Source: Nitrospirota bacterium (GTDB lineage: Bacteria > Nitrospirota > Thermodesulfovibrionia > Thermodesulfovibrionales > JdFR-85). Taken from it: a stretch of DNA of 64,000 nucleotides. Positions 9,328-18,133 of the stretch are shown piece after piece. The stretch lies in NCBI GenBank assembly GCA_035873375.1, contig JAYWMQ010000052.1, positions 44,331 through 108,330 of the forward strand, given 5' to 3'. Each line of letters begins with the position of its first letter. Position 1 is the first letter of the stretch. The notes beneath the pieces are model-generated. The model was given only the letters and a program-made list of their open reading frames with translations, did not search any database and was not told the origin of the DNA. The position numbers and the translations under genes are program-made.

Positions 9328-11316
9328 TTACTTCACCCCTTCATGCGGTCTTGCTGCTGCCTCAAGCTTACGCCTGTCTGCCATGGTCATCAGTTTTCTC
9401 TCGGTACCAAATCTGCCAGGCTCATATTTTCTGAGTTTCAGTCCATCACGCTTAATGTCTATGGCTTCAAGTGTCTTCTTCAATATCTCTTCAGGGTCCG
9501 GAATAAAGTCAAACTTTCCGCCAAACCTCTCTTCCCACTGTTTTGTCATTATCTCCTGCACCTGACTGCTTGCCGCAACAGGGCTCTCTGAACCAAAAAT
9601 AACATACACCCCTGAAGCAACAAAGTAACATCCGATTGCAAGGGCCTTCTCACTCATCCATTCAGGCGCAATACCGACTGCCGGCAGACCGGAAATATCA
9701 TCGCCAAGCCCTCCTTCCTCGACCATCTGAGTTACCACGGTAAGTATCCTTGAATTGTCAACACACGAACCAAGATGAAGTACCGGCGGCACCCCAATGG
9801 CCTCACAGACCTCTCTGAGTCCCGGCCCCGCCATCTCAAGGGCTGTCTCAGGTGTCATAAAGCCCGCCTTGGCACATGCCGCAGCACCGCACCCGGTTGA
9901 CACTACAAGAACGTCATTTCTGACAAACTCCTCTGCAAGGTAATTATGCATACTGTCCTGGGCAATGCGCGGGTTGTTACAGCCAACTATCGCCACAACG
10001 CCCCTGATCCTTCCTGCTATAATGGCATCATTTAGGGGTCTGAAAGACGCCCTGAACCTCCCGCCCTGCATGTATTCAATATACTCATGTGAAAACCCTG
10101 CAATCACCGGAGTGGTCTCATGCACCCTGCTTCCCTCTGTGGTACGGTTGGCATAGTTATCAATGGCAAGCCTCAGCACCTCTCTTGCCACCTCTTTTGC
10201 CCTGTGTTCATCGTACTCTATATGAACTGCATCAATCATCTTCCCCTTGCTGGATGTGGTCACTATTTTTGTATGGAACTTCTTTGCAGCCTGGGCAATT
10301 GCCGGCATTATACACTGGACATCCACCATTATTGTCTCTGCAAGGCCCGTCATTACAGCCAGCTCCTGGTTAAGGAATCCACCGGCTGTGGGAATCCCGT
10401 GCCTCATCAGGACCTCATTGGCAGTACAGCACATCCCGACCAGGTTAATCCCCTTTGCCCCTTTCTGACTTGCATATTCAAGCATCCCGGACTCCTGAGA
10501 GGCCTCAACCATCATCTCAGCAAGTGAAGGCTCATGGCCATGAACCACAACATTGACCTCATCTTCCTTCATGATTCCTATACTCGCCTCAGAACGTTTT
10601 GGCGATGGGGTGCCAAAGAGTATGTCTGTAATGTCGGTGCTGAACATTGAGCCGGCCCACCCATCGGCAAGAGAGACCCTCAGTGCAGAGGTCATAAGGT
10701 TTTCAGGGTCCTGGTCCACACCCATGTTTGTCCTGTGCATGGCCTCGGCAACCTCACGGTCTACACCCCTGGGCACTATTCCCCACTTGCGCCAGATCTC
10801 CTGACGCTTCTCCGGTGCCCTCTTGATAAAGGATATCTCTCCCCTCTGCTGGCCAAACTGCGCGATAATATTCTCTGCCACCTCTTTTGCTATATCTTCC
10901 TTTGTCCTGCCCTCAGTTGAAATATCGAGTATACCGGCCAGTTTTTTCAGCTTCCCTTCGTCCTTGATCGTAAAGTCCGGGGCCTCCCCTGTGGATGCCG
11001 CAAGGAGTGTATAGGCCATATCCCTCGCATGGTCACTATGAGCTGCCGTGCCTGCAGCCACCATCCTCAGGAAATTCCTGGCAGTCACGACCGGAAGGGT
11101 TGCTCCGCATACACCTTCGGCATTCTCTTCAGCATCGGAACCAACAAGCCTGCAGGGCCCCATAAAACAGATCTTGCAGCATGCCCCCGAGTGTCCTATC
11201 GGGCATGGCTTTAATTTCTCCGCCCTGTCAAAGGCTGTCTCAAGACCATGCGACTCTGCCCACTCCACTATCTCCTCGGCAACCTTGTCGGCACTTTTTA
11301 TTACCTTTTCAGACAT
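9328..11316 (-). CDS. cooS: anaerobic Ni-Fe-S carbon monoxide dehydrogenase catalytic subunit (CODH of CODH/ACS)
   Basis: 662 aa. N-terminal B/D-cluster cysteines CPIGHSGACCKICFMGPCRL, with the HGHEP and C-cluster region conserved. SD is GGAGG, 6 nt, ATG. Adjacent to acsB. Confidence 0.95.
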   Translation of the reverse strand: MSEKVIKSADKVAEEIVEWAESHGLETAFDRAEKLKPCPIGHSGACCKICFMGPCRLVGSDAEENAEGVCGATLPVVTARNFLRMVAAGTAAHSDHARDMAYTLLAASTGEAPDFTIKDEGKLKKLAGILDISTEGRTKEDIAKEVAENIIAQFGQQRGEISFIKRAPEKRQEIWRKWGIVPRGVDREVAEAMHRTNMGVDQDPENLMTSALRVSLADGWAGSMFSTDITDILFGTPSPKRSEASIGIMKEDEVNVVVHGHEPSLAEMMVEASQESGMLEYASQKGAKGINLVGMCCTANEVLMRHGIPTAGGFLNQELAVMTGLAETIMVDVQCIMPAIAQAAKKFHTKIVTTSSKGKMIDAVHIEYDEHRAKEVAREVLRLAIDNYANRTTEGSRVHETTPVIAGFSHEYIEYMQGGRFRASFRPLNDAIIAGRIRGVVAIVGCNNPRIAQDSMHNYLAEEFVRNDVLVVSTGCGAAACAKAGFMTPETALEMAGPGLREVCEAIGVPPVLHLGSCVDNSRILTVVTQMVEEGGLGDDISGLPAVGIAPEWMSEKALAIGCYFVASGVYVIFGSESPVAASSQVQEIMTKQWEERFGGKFDFIPDPEEILKKTLEAIDIKRDGLKLRKYEPGRFGTERKLMTMADRRKLEAAARPHEGVK

Positions 11317-11333
11317 CTTAAACCTCCGTTTTT

Positions 11334-11410
11334 ATTATTGACGATTTTCGATTGACAATTTTCAGTTTTAGTCCTGAAAAATAGTCAATGGTCAATCATC
11401 AATAGTCAAT
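11334..11410. repeat. palindromic spacer element built from ATTGAC/GTCAAT words (cooS-acsB spacer)
   Basis: Left arm attattgacgattttcgattgacaattttcag (11334..11365) faces right arm ctgaaaaatagtcaatggtcaatcatcaatagtcaat (11374..11410). It fills almost the whole intergenic gap. Confidence 0.75.
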
Positions 11411-11411
11411 C

Positions 11412-13610
11412 TCATATTATCGATTCCATCTCAAGGGCTGGATGACCGGCCTCAGTCAGAAACTCAACCAGCTTCTCGGAGTCCTCACATACGGTCTCAT
11501 CAGCAATCTTGTCAAGCAGGTCAGGAACGCCTTCTGCTTCGGCTATCTGCTGAAACTTGTCTTTCACCCTCTCCTTAATCGCCTTTGTCATCCAGACAAT
11601 CCTCTTTATACCACCATCACCAAACAGGAATTTCTTGCTGGTTATAAAATTCACACCAATTCCCATAAAGCCCGGGGTCTGCACCCCGCCGCCCACTGTT
11701 CCGGCAAGTGTCGAGAATTTCATGCCTATCGGGGTCATCCCTGTATGTCCGCGCTGAACAATCATTACACCATTGGCCTCGGGTATGATTGCAACGATAC
11801 ATTCAAAGCAGCCACAGGAGGTCATGGGATTTTCCATGATTGTATAAAGGTTCAATGTCTCAACCGCCCCGCCTGACGCCTGTTTCAGATAATCATCAAC
11901 ACCCGTATAGCGGCCGAACCTCGGGTCAACAAGCTCACCCTTTGGAACAGGCTGGTTTCCGCCGGTCGGGTCGATCTCGTAGGCTGCCTTGCCGTCAAGC
12001 CAGTTATAGGCACCACAGAGCCCGAGTCTCTCAGGTGTTATGACACAGACATGACTCGGGGCAAAGGACTGACAGAGCAGACAGGAATAAAAGGTATCCA
12101 CGGTCTCATCGGTAAGGGATGCAAGCCTCTCATCACGCAGCTTCCAGTCAATCCTTGCCTCCTCTCTCAACTTGACAACATCCTCCTCGTTGGTAAAGAG
12201 CGTGACCGCTACCTTATCAACTATGGTGCTGAACCTCTTGTGTGTCATTGCATGGTGTATCTTTCCAATATCCTCAAGGCTGAAGCCGGCCTGCTTTGCG
12301 GCATGGCTGATCCTTATCCAGTTAATATCCCTCTGTCCCATGTGCCATATGCCCTGGCCTTCGTTTATATTATGGTGAAGTCTCCGCTCGACAATGGAGA
12401 GGAAATCCGGCTGCATCTTTCTTCCTGCAATCTCAACCAGGATTCCAAGGGGCATTACACCTCCCTGTTCATACCTCTCCTTCCAGTTCTCACCGATAAT
12501 GTTTACCTTGCCGTCCTCTATCTCTTCAAGCTCTCTCAGCCTTGCCCATTCAAAGGCAGGTGAGCGCGTTCCGCCAAACTCGATAAAGGTCTCCTCCTTA
12601 CGGATCCTCTCACCCTCAAACGCTGGGCCGTAGGCAATCGGAATCGGCGGTTTTTCAACAAGTACCTTAAGCCCCCTCACCTCAATCGCCTTCTGGACAA
12701 TCTTGTCGTGATCAAGCTCTTTATCCACCTCTTCATACGTACATACACCCGTGGGGTGAATCACGGGGACATCAGTATCACAGATGGCCGGGAAGCCCAT
12801 ATTTATAGCGCCGGCCCCTGTTGCCCACTTGACATCATCAAGCCCGCCCAGGGGAAGGGCAAAGGCAAAGACCCTGTCTTTCTGATATTTCAAATTGCCC
12901 TTGTAGTCTCCGGGTTTTACACCCCCAAAGATCATGGAGGCCCTTATTGCCCAGTCAAGGGCATAAAGTGTATGCTCGGTCTCCGTGCCAAGTGGCACTA
13001 TATATACATCCCAGCCAAGCTCCACCTTCTTTCTCAGAAGCTGCTTGGTAACGCTGTCACCATTGGAACTTCCGGAAAGGAAGACAAGGATGTTCTTCTC
13101 CTGCAATTCCCTGACAATCCTTACCGCTGTATCATCATCAGGGGCTGCACCTATAATAGCCGCAAACCCCGGCATCCTTCCATCAACAAGCTGAATACCA
13201 AGATTACGCTGTACTGTGTCTGTAATAAACCCGTTATAAACATAACCTGTCTCAGGGTCTTTTGTCGGCTCCAGACCCTCAATATACCTCAATGCAAGCC
13301 AAATCTCCTCAGCAAAAAGTGTGGCCATCCCGGAATCAAGGGCCTCTCCCAGATAAGGCGTCCATATCTTCTCCTCAGGCTCATCATGAAGAAGATCCTG
13401 GGTCATCCTCAGTGCGGTCTTCATGTCCTTAATCGTCTTTACCTCAAAACCCGTAATACCATAAATCAACGGCAGGGCATAGGCAGTGTCTGGAAACTCG
13501 AAATGGTAATCCTCACCCTTTTCAGCAATAACCTTCTGTAGTAAATCCTCAGCCTGCCTGAAGACTTTATGTGACCCTCTTATAGCAGCCGAGGCTATTA
13601 TCTTTGACAT
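11412..13610 (-). CDS. acsB: acetyl-CoA synthase (CODH/ACS A-cluster subunit)
   Basis: 732 aa, the size and sequence style of bacterial AcsB. A-cluster Cys-Gly-Cys motif present (MTSCGCFECIVA). SD is AGGAGG. Confidence 0.95.
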   Translation of the reverse strand: MSKIIASAAIRGSHKVFRQAEDLLQKVIAEKGEDYHFEFPDTAYALPLIYGITGFEVKTIKDMKTALRMTQDLLHDEPEEKIWTPYLGEALDSGMATLFAEEIWLALRYIEGLEPTKDPETGYVYNGFITDTVQRNLGIQLVDGRMPGFAAIIGAAPDDDTAVRIVRELQEKNILVFLSGSSNGDSVTKQLLRKKVELGWDVYIVPLGTETEHTLYALDWAIRASMIFGGVKPGDYKGNLKYQKDRVFAFALPLGGLDDVKWATGAGAINMGFPAICDTDVPVIHPTGVCTYEEVDKELDHDKIVQKAIEVRGLKVLVEKPPIPIAYGPAFEGERIRKEETFIEFGGTRSPAFEWARLRELEEIEDGKVNIIGENWKERYEQGGVMPLGILVEIAGRKMQPDFLSIVERRLHHNINEGQGIWHMGQRDINWIRISHAAKQAGFSLEDIGKIHHAMTHKRFSTIVDKVAVTLFTNEEDVVKLREEARIDWKLRDERLASLTDETVDTFYSCLLCQSFAPSHVCVITPERLGLCGAYNWLDGKAAYEIDPTGGNQPVPKGELVDPRFGRYTGVDDYLKQASGGAVETLNLYTIMENPMTSCGCFECIVAIIPEANGVMIVQRGHTGMTPIGMKFSTLAGTVGGGVQTPGFMGIGVNFITSKKFLFGDGGIKRIVWMTKAIKERVKDKFQQIAEAEGVPDLLDKIADETVCEDSEKLVEFLTEAGHPALEMESII

Positions 13611-13627
13611 CCCTTACCTCCTTAAAT

Positions 13628-13674
13628 TCGTTATACGTTATACGTTAGCTGACAAGCCTGCAAGCTGACAAGCC
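13628..13674. repeat. short tandem/direct repeats in the acsC-acsB spacer
   Basis: cgttatacgttatacgtta (7-mer acgttat reiterated), followed by gctgacaagcc (13648..13658) and gctgacaagcc (13664..13674). Confidence 0.8.
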
Positions 13675-13729
13675 TTTTGTTCGTATATTTACCTGAAAAC
13701 AACCTTTTTCTGTTGCCATCCGCCACTCT

Positions 13730-15073
13730 TTACGCTGCAGCAGAGCGAAGAAAAGTGGGAAGGGCATTCGCCTCCCTTGGTCCGACCGTGACCTTCCAGC
13801 CCTCAAGCTTGTCCTCAATAGCACCGCTGAGGATCGCCACATAACCCGGAATTATTAATTCCCGGTGATTAACCTCGTTCTCGATCCCGCTCTCCTTTAT
13901 GAAATTTGCTATTTTTGAACCTGTGAATTTACCGGCTGCCCAGGCAGTAAGCACTGACAGGCCCTCACAATCCATAATGGCAAGATGTGCAGGAACCTTT
14001 GAATTCTCCACCTCACCCGATACTATAAAGTAGGTAAGCGAGAAATTAGTGGTGATAAGAAGGGGTGAGTCAGGGGTTGCTTCTCCGATCTTGTATATCT
14101 TCTGCTCAACCTGCATAGGCACCTGCGGGTCTGTGTAAACATTCTGCCTCAGAGTAAAGAGTGCGAGATTCTTCCATTTCTCCGCAGAACTGATAACTAT
14201 TGTGGATGCATACTTTGCAATACCAAGCCCTGCAATTAGGGATTCAAAGAGTGCGTCGCTGCGCTGTGCAAAGTTTATTACAGGATATCCAAGGGGCTTG
14301 AAGTTCTTTTTTATAGCCGCCCTCCTGATAAAAGTGTTGTACTCAAGCATCTCTTTTGCAGAGCCTGCTCCGGGGTCTATTAACATATCCTCAACCCCTA
14401 AGGACTTTATCTTCTCCGTAAGAGATGAAAGGGCTTCAAGGCCGTCTGCCTTCACACCCAATGCAGCCTTGGCAGACCTGGCAATCTCTGCCATTTTTTC
14501 GGCATTTGCCTCTGTAGCCCCATAGAGAACCGCATTCTTTCCATTAAAGGGTTTTATGGCGGCGGCAGCAGCATCTGTATTTTCCGTACCAACAATTACT
14601 GCTACATCCGGGGCCTTTTGAGCAACCTTTTCCGCCAGGGTCCCGAGCCTTCCTGCATCTCCGGAGTCATTACTCAAATATACGGCATCTATCCTCAGAA
14701 GCTGCCCTACCCTGTTGATCTCGGAGCCAAGGACATCCTGGATCTTTGCCTCAACCACATCATCGCTGTCCGTGTCCTTAATCTCAAGTGCAAGGGCCGG
14801 AGGATTGACAAACTTCTTTTCGTGCCTGAAAAGCACAGTCTCCTCTCCCATCTTTACAGCCCTCTCACCAGCGCCAAGTGTTACCGGCCTTACAGGTGGA
14901 GCCGAGGCCTCACCAAGTGTTGCCTTTGCCTCATCAGAGACATCAGGACAGGCATCCAGAGAGACTTGTCTCTGGGCAAGCTTCATTGCAAAGGCAAGGC
15001 ATGTGGGAAAACCGCACTTCTTGCAATTTGTCTTTGGTAGTAATTTAAATATCTGAACCCCGGTTAATGCCAT
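13730..15073 (-). CDS. acsC: corrinoid iron-sulfur protein large subunit
   Basis: 447 aa. N-terminal 4Fe-4S motif TNCKKCGFPTCLAFAMKLA followed by a TIM-barrel and corrinoid-binding body. Sits in an acsB-acsC-acsD-acsE context. Confidence 0.93.
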   Translation of the reverse strand: MALTGVQIFKLLPKTNCKKCGFPTCLAFAMKLAQRQVSLDACPDVSDEAKATLGEASAPPVRPVTLGAGERAVKMGEETVLFRHEKKFVNPPALALEIKDTDSDDVVEAKIQDVLGSEINRVGQLLRIDAVYLSNDSGDAGRLGTLAEKVAQKAPDVAVIVGTENTDAAAAAIKPFNGKNAVLYGATEANAEKMAEIARSAKAALGVKADGLEALSSLTEKIKSLGVEDMLIDPGAGSAKEMLEYNTFIRRAAIKKNFKPLGYPVINFAQRSDALFESLIAGLGIAKYASTIVISSAEKWKNLALFTLRQNVYTDPQVPMQVEQKIYKIGEATPDSPLLITTNFSLTYFIVSGEVENSKVPAHLAIMDCEGLSVLTAWAAGKFTGSKIANFIKESGIENEVNHRELIIPGYVAILSGAIEDKLEGWKVTVGPREANALPTFLRSAAA

Positions 15074-15083
15074 CTCTTACCTC

Positions 15084-15119
15084 CGTTATGTCTAATTCAT
15101 TCGTTATGTCTAATTCATT
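15084..15119. repeat. 18-bp perfect tandem duplication in the acsD-acsC spacer
   Basis: cgttatgtctaattcatt occurs at 15084..15101 and again at 15102..15119. Confidence 0.85.
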
Positions 15120-15155
15120 TATATCAAACTGATTAAACCTGACTCATTTACCTCA

Positions 15156-16094
15156 TTACATAAGTTCATCCATAAGCTGCTCCACTGCCTCTACTGCCTT
15201 CGGATGACGCATTATCAACAACTCCGAGCCTGCCATCAGAAGTGATGAAGCTGTCATGGCCTCCCAGGCAATGCCCCTCTCCTCAAGACTGCCCCACTCG
15301 GGAAGCACGTCCTCCGGGGCCTGTGTCTCCTTTATCTTCCATACATACATCCCCACATCTGCAAGCATCGGCGGCTGCATGACCGCATCATTCTGCGCCA
15401 ATGCGGCAAGCCTTATCCGCTCCATAACTGAATATGTATACTCAAGCCCGTAACCAAGTGCGGAACACATCGGGTCTGTAATAAGCTTTTCCTTGTCAAA
15501 GCCCATCTGCGTAAGCAGGATGTTGAGCTGTTTTGACAGGTTAATGTCCAGTTCACTCATGGCAATAAGTTTATGCCCGTTTGCCATTGCCGCTGCTGCA
15601 ATGGTCTTGTAGTTTGCCTCCTGGGCCTTGCCGATTATACAGTTATGCCCTTTTGCCGCCTCAGCCGCCTTCACCAGAACCTCCGAGTCCTTCTCCACAT
15701 GATTGCTGCCGAGGACAATAAGGGGAACCTTTATTGCCCCAAGGACGTCACTCACGGTCCTGGCGGCATCCTCTGCTGTCAGATTCTTGCTGTCGGGATG
15801 TGTCCCAACAAGCCTAATGACAATGGCCTTTGCCTTCAGGTCCTCCTCGCAGTATTTTGCCCAGGTTACAGGATCCCCGCTTACACCGTCAAAAACCTTC
15901 CTTACAGTCTCGGGCCAGTCTTCAGGAGAAACATCCTGTATCTCATATGCAATCAGGGGCCTGTTCGGAATCTCTCCTTCAAAGGAGTGAAAGGGTAGGG
16001 TATTCTCACCTCCAAAGGTCTGTTGAACCCCGGTTCCTATTGTCACAGGAAAGACCCTGCCTGCAAAGCTTTCCTTTGGTGGTACAAATGCCAT
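15156..16094 (-). CDS. acsD: corrinoid iron-sulfur protein small subunit
   Basis: 312 aa. Position between acsE and acsC, with a TIM-barrel-like sequence typical of CFeSP delta. SD is AAGGAGG. Confidence 0.9.
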   Translation of the reverse strand: MAFVPPKESFAGRVFPVTIGTGVQQTFGGENTLPFHSFEGEIPNRPLIAYEIQDVSPEDWPETVRKVFDGVSGDPVTWAKYCEEDLKAKAIVIRLVGTHPDSKNLTAEDAARTVSDVLGAIKVPLIVLGSNHVEKDSEVLVKAAEAAKGHNCIIGKAQEANYKTIAAAAMANGHKLIAMSELDINLSKQLNILLTQMGFDKEKLITDPMCSALGYGLEYTYSVMERIRLAALAQNDAVMQPPMLADVGMYVWKIKETQAPEDVLPEWGSLEERGIAWEAMTASSLLMAGSELLIMRHPKAVEAVEQLMDELM

Positions 16095-16188
16095 TTTATT
16101 CCTCCTTAATTCTTGATTAAGTATATCTCTTTATTGCTCACAGTTTTAATTTTTCGTCTTTCCCGTAAAAATCTGAAAGCTTCTTCAG

Positions 16189-16971
16189 TTACATCTCCAG
16201 ATAAGAGTGGGCATACAGTGTCCTGTTCATAATAACGTCTATTGTCTTGACGGTCTCGATAACCTCCGCAGGGTCTGCAATAGCTGCAGTAAGCCCCTCA
16301 TAAATAAGAAGTGCGAGATAGTATTTATTGAGGATATGCCTGACGTTTTTGGGACAACCATTGGATATATTGCTCAGGCCGACAACAGTCTTTATGGGGG
16401 GATCATTCAGTTCCTGAAACATCTTTATAGTCCTGATCACCTTTACCGCCTGCTCCTGTGTGGTGGCAATCTGAAGGACAAGAGGGTCCAGATAAAGGTT
16501 TTCAAGGGACAGGCCATACTCCATTGCCCTTGCCATAATCTCTGCTGCAATAGCAGACCTCTCTTCCTCGTCCGCAGGCAGCCCGCCCTTGCCTACAGTC
16601 AATCCTATAATCAGACTATCGTATTTGGCTGCAAGTTCAAGCATCGGAAAACGCTCAGGGTCATTGGAAGTAGAGTTAATCATGGGTCTGCCGTAGTCGT
16701 TGTTGTGAACCTTGAGGCCGGCCTCAATCGCTGCATAATTCGTGGTATCAAGACATACAGGAAGTGATACAGCCTCCTGAATGGTGGTAACCATCCATTC
16801 CATAAGCTCTTCACCACCATCCTCTGCAGGGCCGATATTGGCATCAATCATCCCTGCACCGGAGTTCTTCTGCGCAAGGGCAATCTCCTGAATGGGTCCC
16901 TTGTCCCGCTTCATCATGGCTTCTCTAACGCGTTTTGCAATTATACTAAGTTTCTCTCCAATAATAAGCAT
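16189..16971 (-). CDS. acsE: methyltetrahydrofolate:corrinoid/iron-sulfur protein methyltransferase
   Basis: MLIIGEKLSIIAKRVREAM...DANIGP matches the AcsE/MeTr (pterin-binding) N-terminus. The track start at 16980 is a GTG embedded in the SD (GGAAGGAGTG). The ATG at 16971 has proper spacing. Confidence 0.9.
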   Translation of the reverse strand: MLIIGEKLSIIAKRVREAMMKRDKGPIQEIALAQKNSGAGMIDANIGPAEDGGEELMEWMVTTIQEAVSLPVCLDTTNYAAIEAGLKVHNNDYGRPMINSTSNDPERFPMLELAAKYDSLIIGLTVGKGGLPADEEERSAIAAEIMARAMEYGLSLENLYLDPLVLQIATTQEQAVKVIRTIKMFQELNDPPIKTVVGLSNISNGCPKNVRHILNKYYLALLIYEGLTAAIADPAEVIETVKTIDVIMNRTLYAHSYLEM

Positions 16972-17048
16972 ATCAAGCACTCCTTCCTGGAATTTTTTAT
17001 TTGTTATTTTTCATCTTTCATTTTTCATTTATTAAAAAAGAGAACTCT

Positions 17049-17178
17049 ACCACAGAGACACAGGAGATAAAACAAGAAAACTTTGTAAAACAGTCTTTAA
17101 TCTCTGTGTCTCAGTGCCTCAGTGTTTTATATTCCCCTGACATAAAAAATCTTAGTTTTTACCACAGAGGCACAGAGA
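17049..17178. repeat. CACAGAG-type palindromic element plus a solo arm in the 356-bp cooC-acsE spacer
   Basis: accacagagacacaggagat (17049..17068) faces atctctgtgtctcagtg (17100..17124). A further solo arm accacagaggcacagaga lies at 17161..17178, nearly identical to 28752..28770. Confidence 0.75.
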
Positions 17179-17336
17179 AAAAACCCGGATCCAAAAACCA
17201 TGTTTTAAGCCTGTTCCTTAAAGTTACCCGAATACAGGAATAAAGCAAGGGTTGAAAAGGATAACATAAAATATAGCGTATGGTAAAGCATTGCACTATT
17301 TAAAATTATTATAATTTTATAGAGAATAAGGGAGGT

Positions 17337-18104
17337 TTAGGGGATATTGAGACCGTCAAGTATGGTGAAAACAGAGCGGAGCGCAGGGGAGTTATCAGGC
17401 AGCTCAATCAGAGGTCTCCCCTGAAGGTCATATTCAAATATTTTTCCATCCTGGGGAACAAGCCCTGCACAATGAAGGCCCAGCCCATCGGCAAGTTTCG
17501 TGAGGGTCTCACCCTCCTCACCGGAGACCCTGTTTATAATCAGGACACTCCTTTCGATATCAAGTTTCAGCTCATCCACAAGATCCCTGATCCTCCCGGC
17601 CGTCTGTATTCCCTTTACAGTCGGGTCACTCACTATCAGCAAAAGATCCACCTTGTGTGTGGTCCTCCTGCTGAGATGCTCCATACCCGCCTCATTGTCA
17701 ATCACCACATAGGGATAGCGCTCTGCAAGTATGTCCGTATATTTTCTGATAATATTATTGGCCGCGCAGTAACAGCCCGGCCCTTCGGGCCTGCCCATCA
17801 CCAGCAGATCAAAACCCTTTGCCTCTATCAGGGCCTGATTAATCTGATATTCAAAGAGCTCGTCCATACTCATGCCCCCCGGCCTTTCACTGCCGGAACG
17901 TATGGTCTCAAGTGAGGACTCCCTCAGTTGTCCCACAGAGGCATGAACCTTTACGCCAAGCGCTTCATTCAGGCATGCGTTACTGTCAGCATCAACTGCA
18001 AGTACAGGCCCCCGCCTCTTCTCAACAAGATACCTCACTGTCAGCCCAGCTATACTCGTCTTTCCTGTACCGCCTTTACCTGCAAGAGCAATCAAAAACG
18101 ACAT
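17337..18104 (-). CDS. cooC: CODH nickel-insertion accessory ATPase (CooC/AcsF family)
   Basis: 255 aa. Deviant Walker A at the N-terminus (IALAGKGGTGKTSIAG), a MinD/ParA-like fold and the CxC-type motif region GPGCYC. Confidence 0.92.
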   Translation of the reverse strand: MSFLIALAGKGGTGKTSIAGLTVRYLVEKRRGPVLAVDADSNACLNEALGVKVHASVGQLRESSLETIRSGSERPGGMSMDELFEYQINQALIEAKGFDLLVMGRPEGPGCYCAANNIIRKYTDILAERYPYVVIDNEAGMEHLSRRTTHKVDLLLIVSDPTVKGIQTAGRIRDLVDELKLDIERSVLIINRVSGEEGETLTKLADGLGLHCAGLVPQDGKIFEYDLQGRPLIELPDNSPALRSVFTILDGLNIP

Positions 18105-18133
18105 ACCATCTCTCCTCCCTGTATTTTTAAAGA

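Noticed and set aside
12708-13541. 277-aa plus-strand ORF opposite acsB, and 857..1384 opposite moeA
   Set aside because: These are shadow ORFs within strongly supported genes. They have no SD and no recognisable domains.
13628-15119. CRISPR array suspicion from short repeated units in the spacers (also 42397..42428)
   Set aside because: The units are 7-18 bp with only 2-4 copies, directly abutting with no unique spacers. There are no cas genes in the window.
17001-17243. 80-aa plus-strand ORF in the cooC-acsE spacer
   Set aside because: It is AT-rich and spans the CACAGAG palindromic repeats. It is on the opposite strand to the surrounding operon and has no SD.
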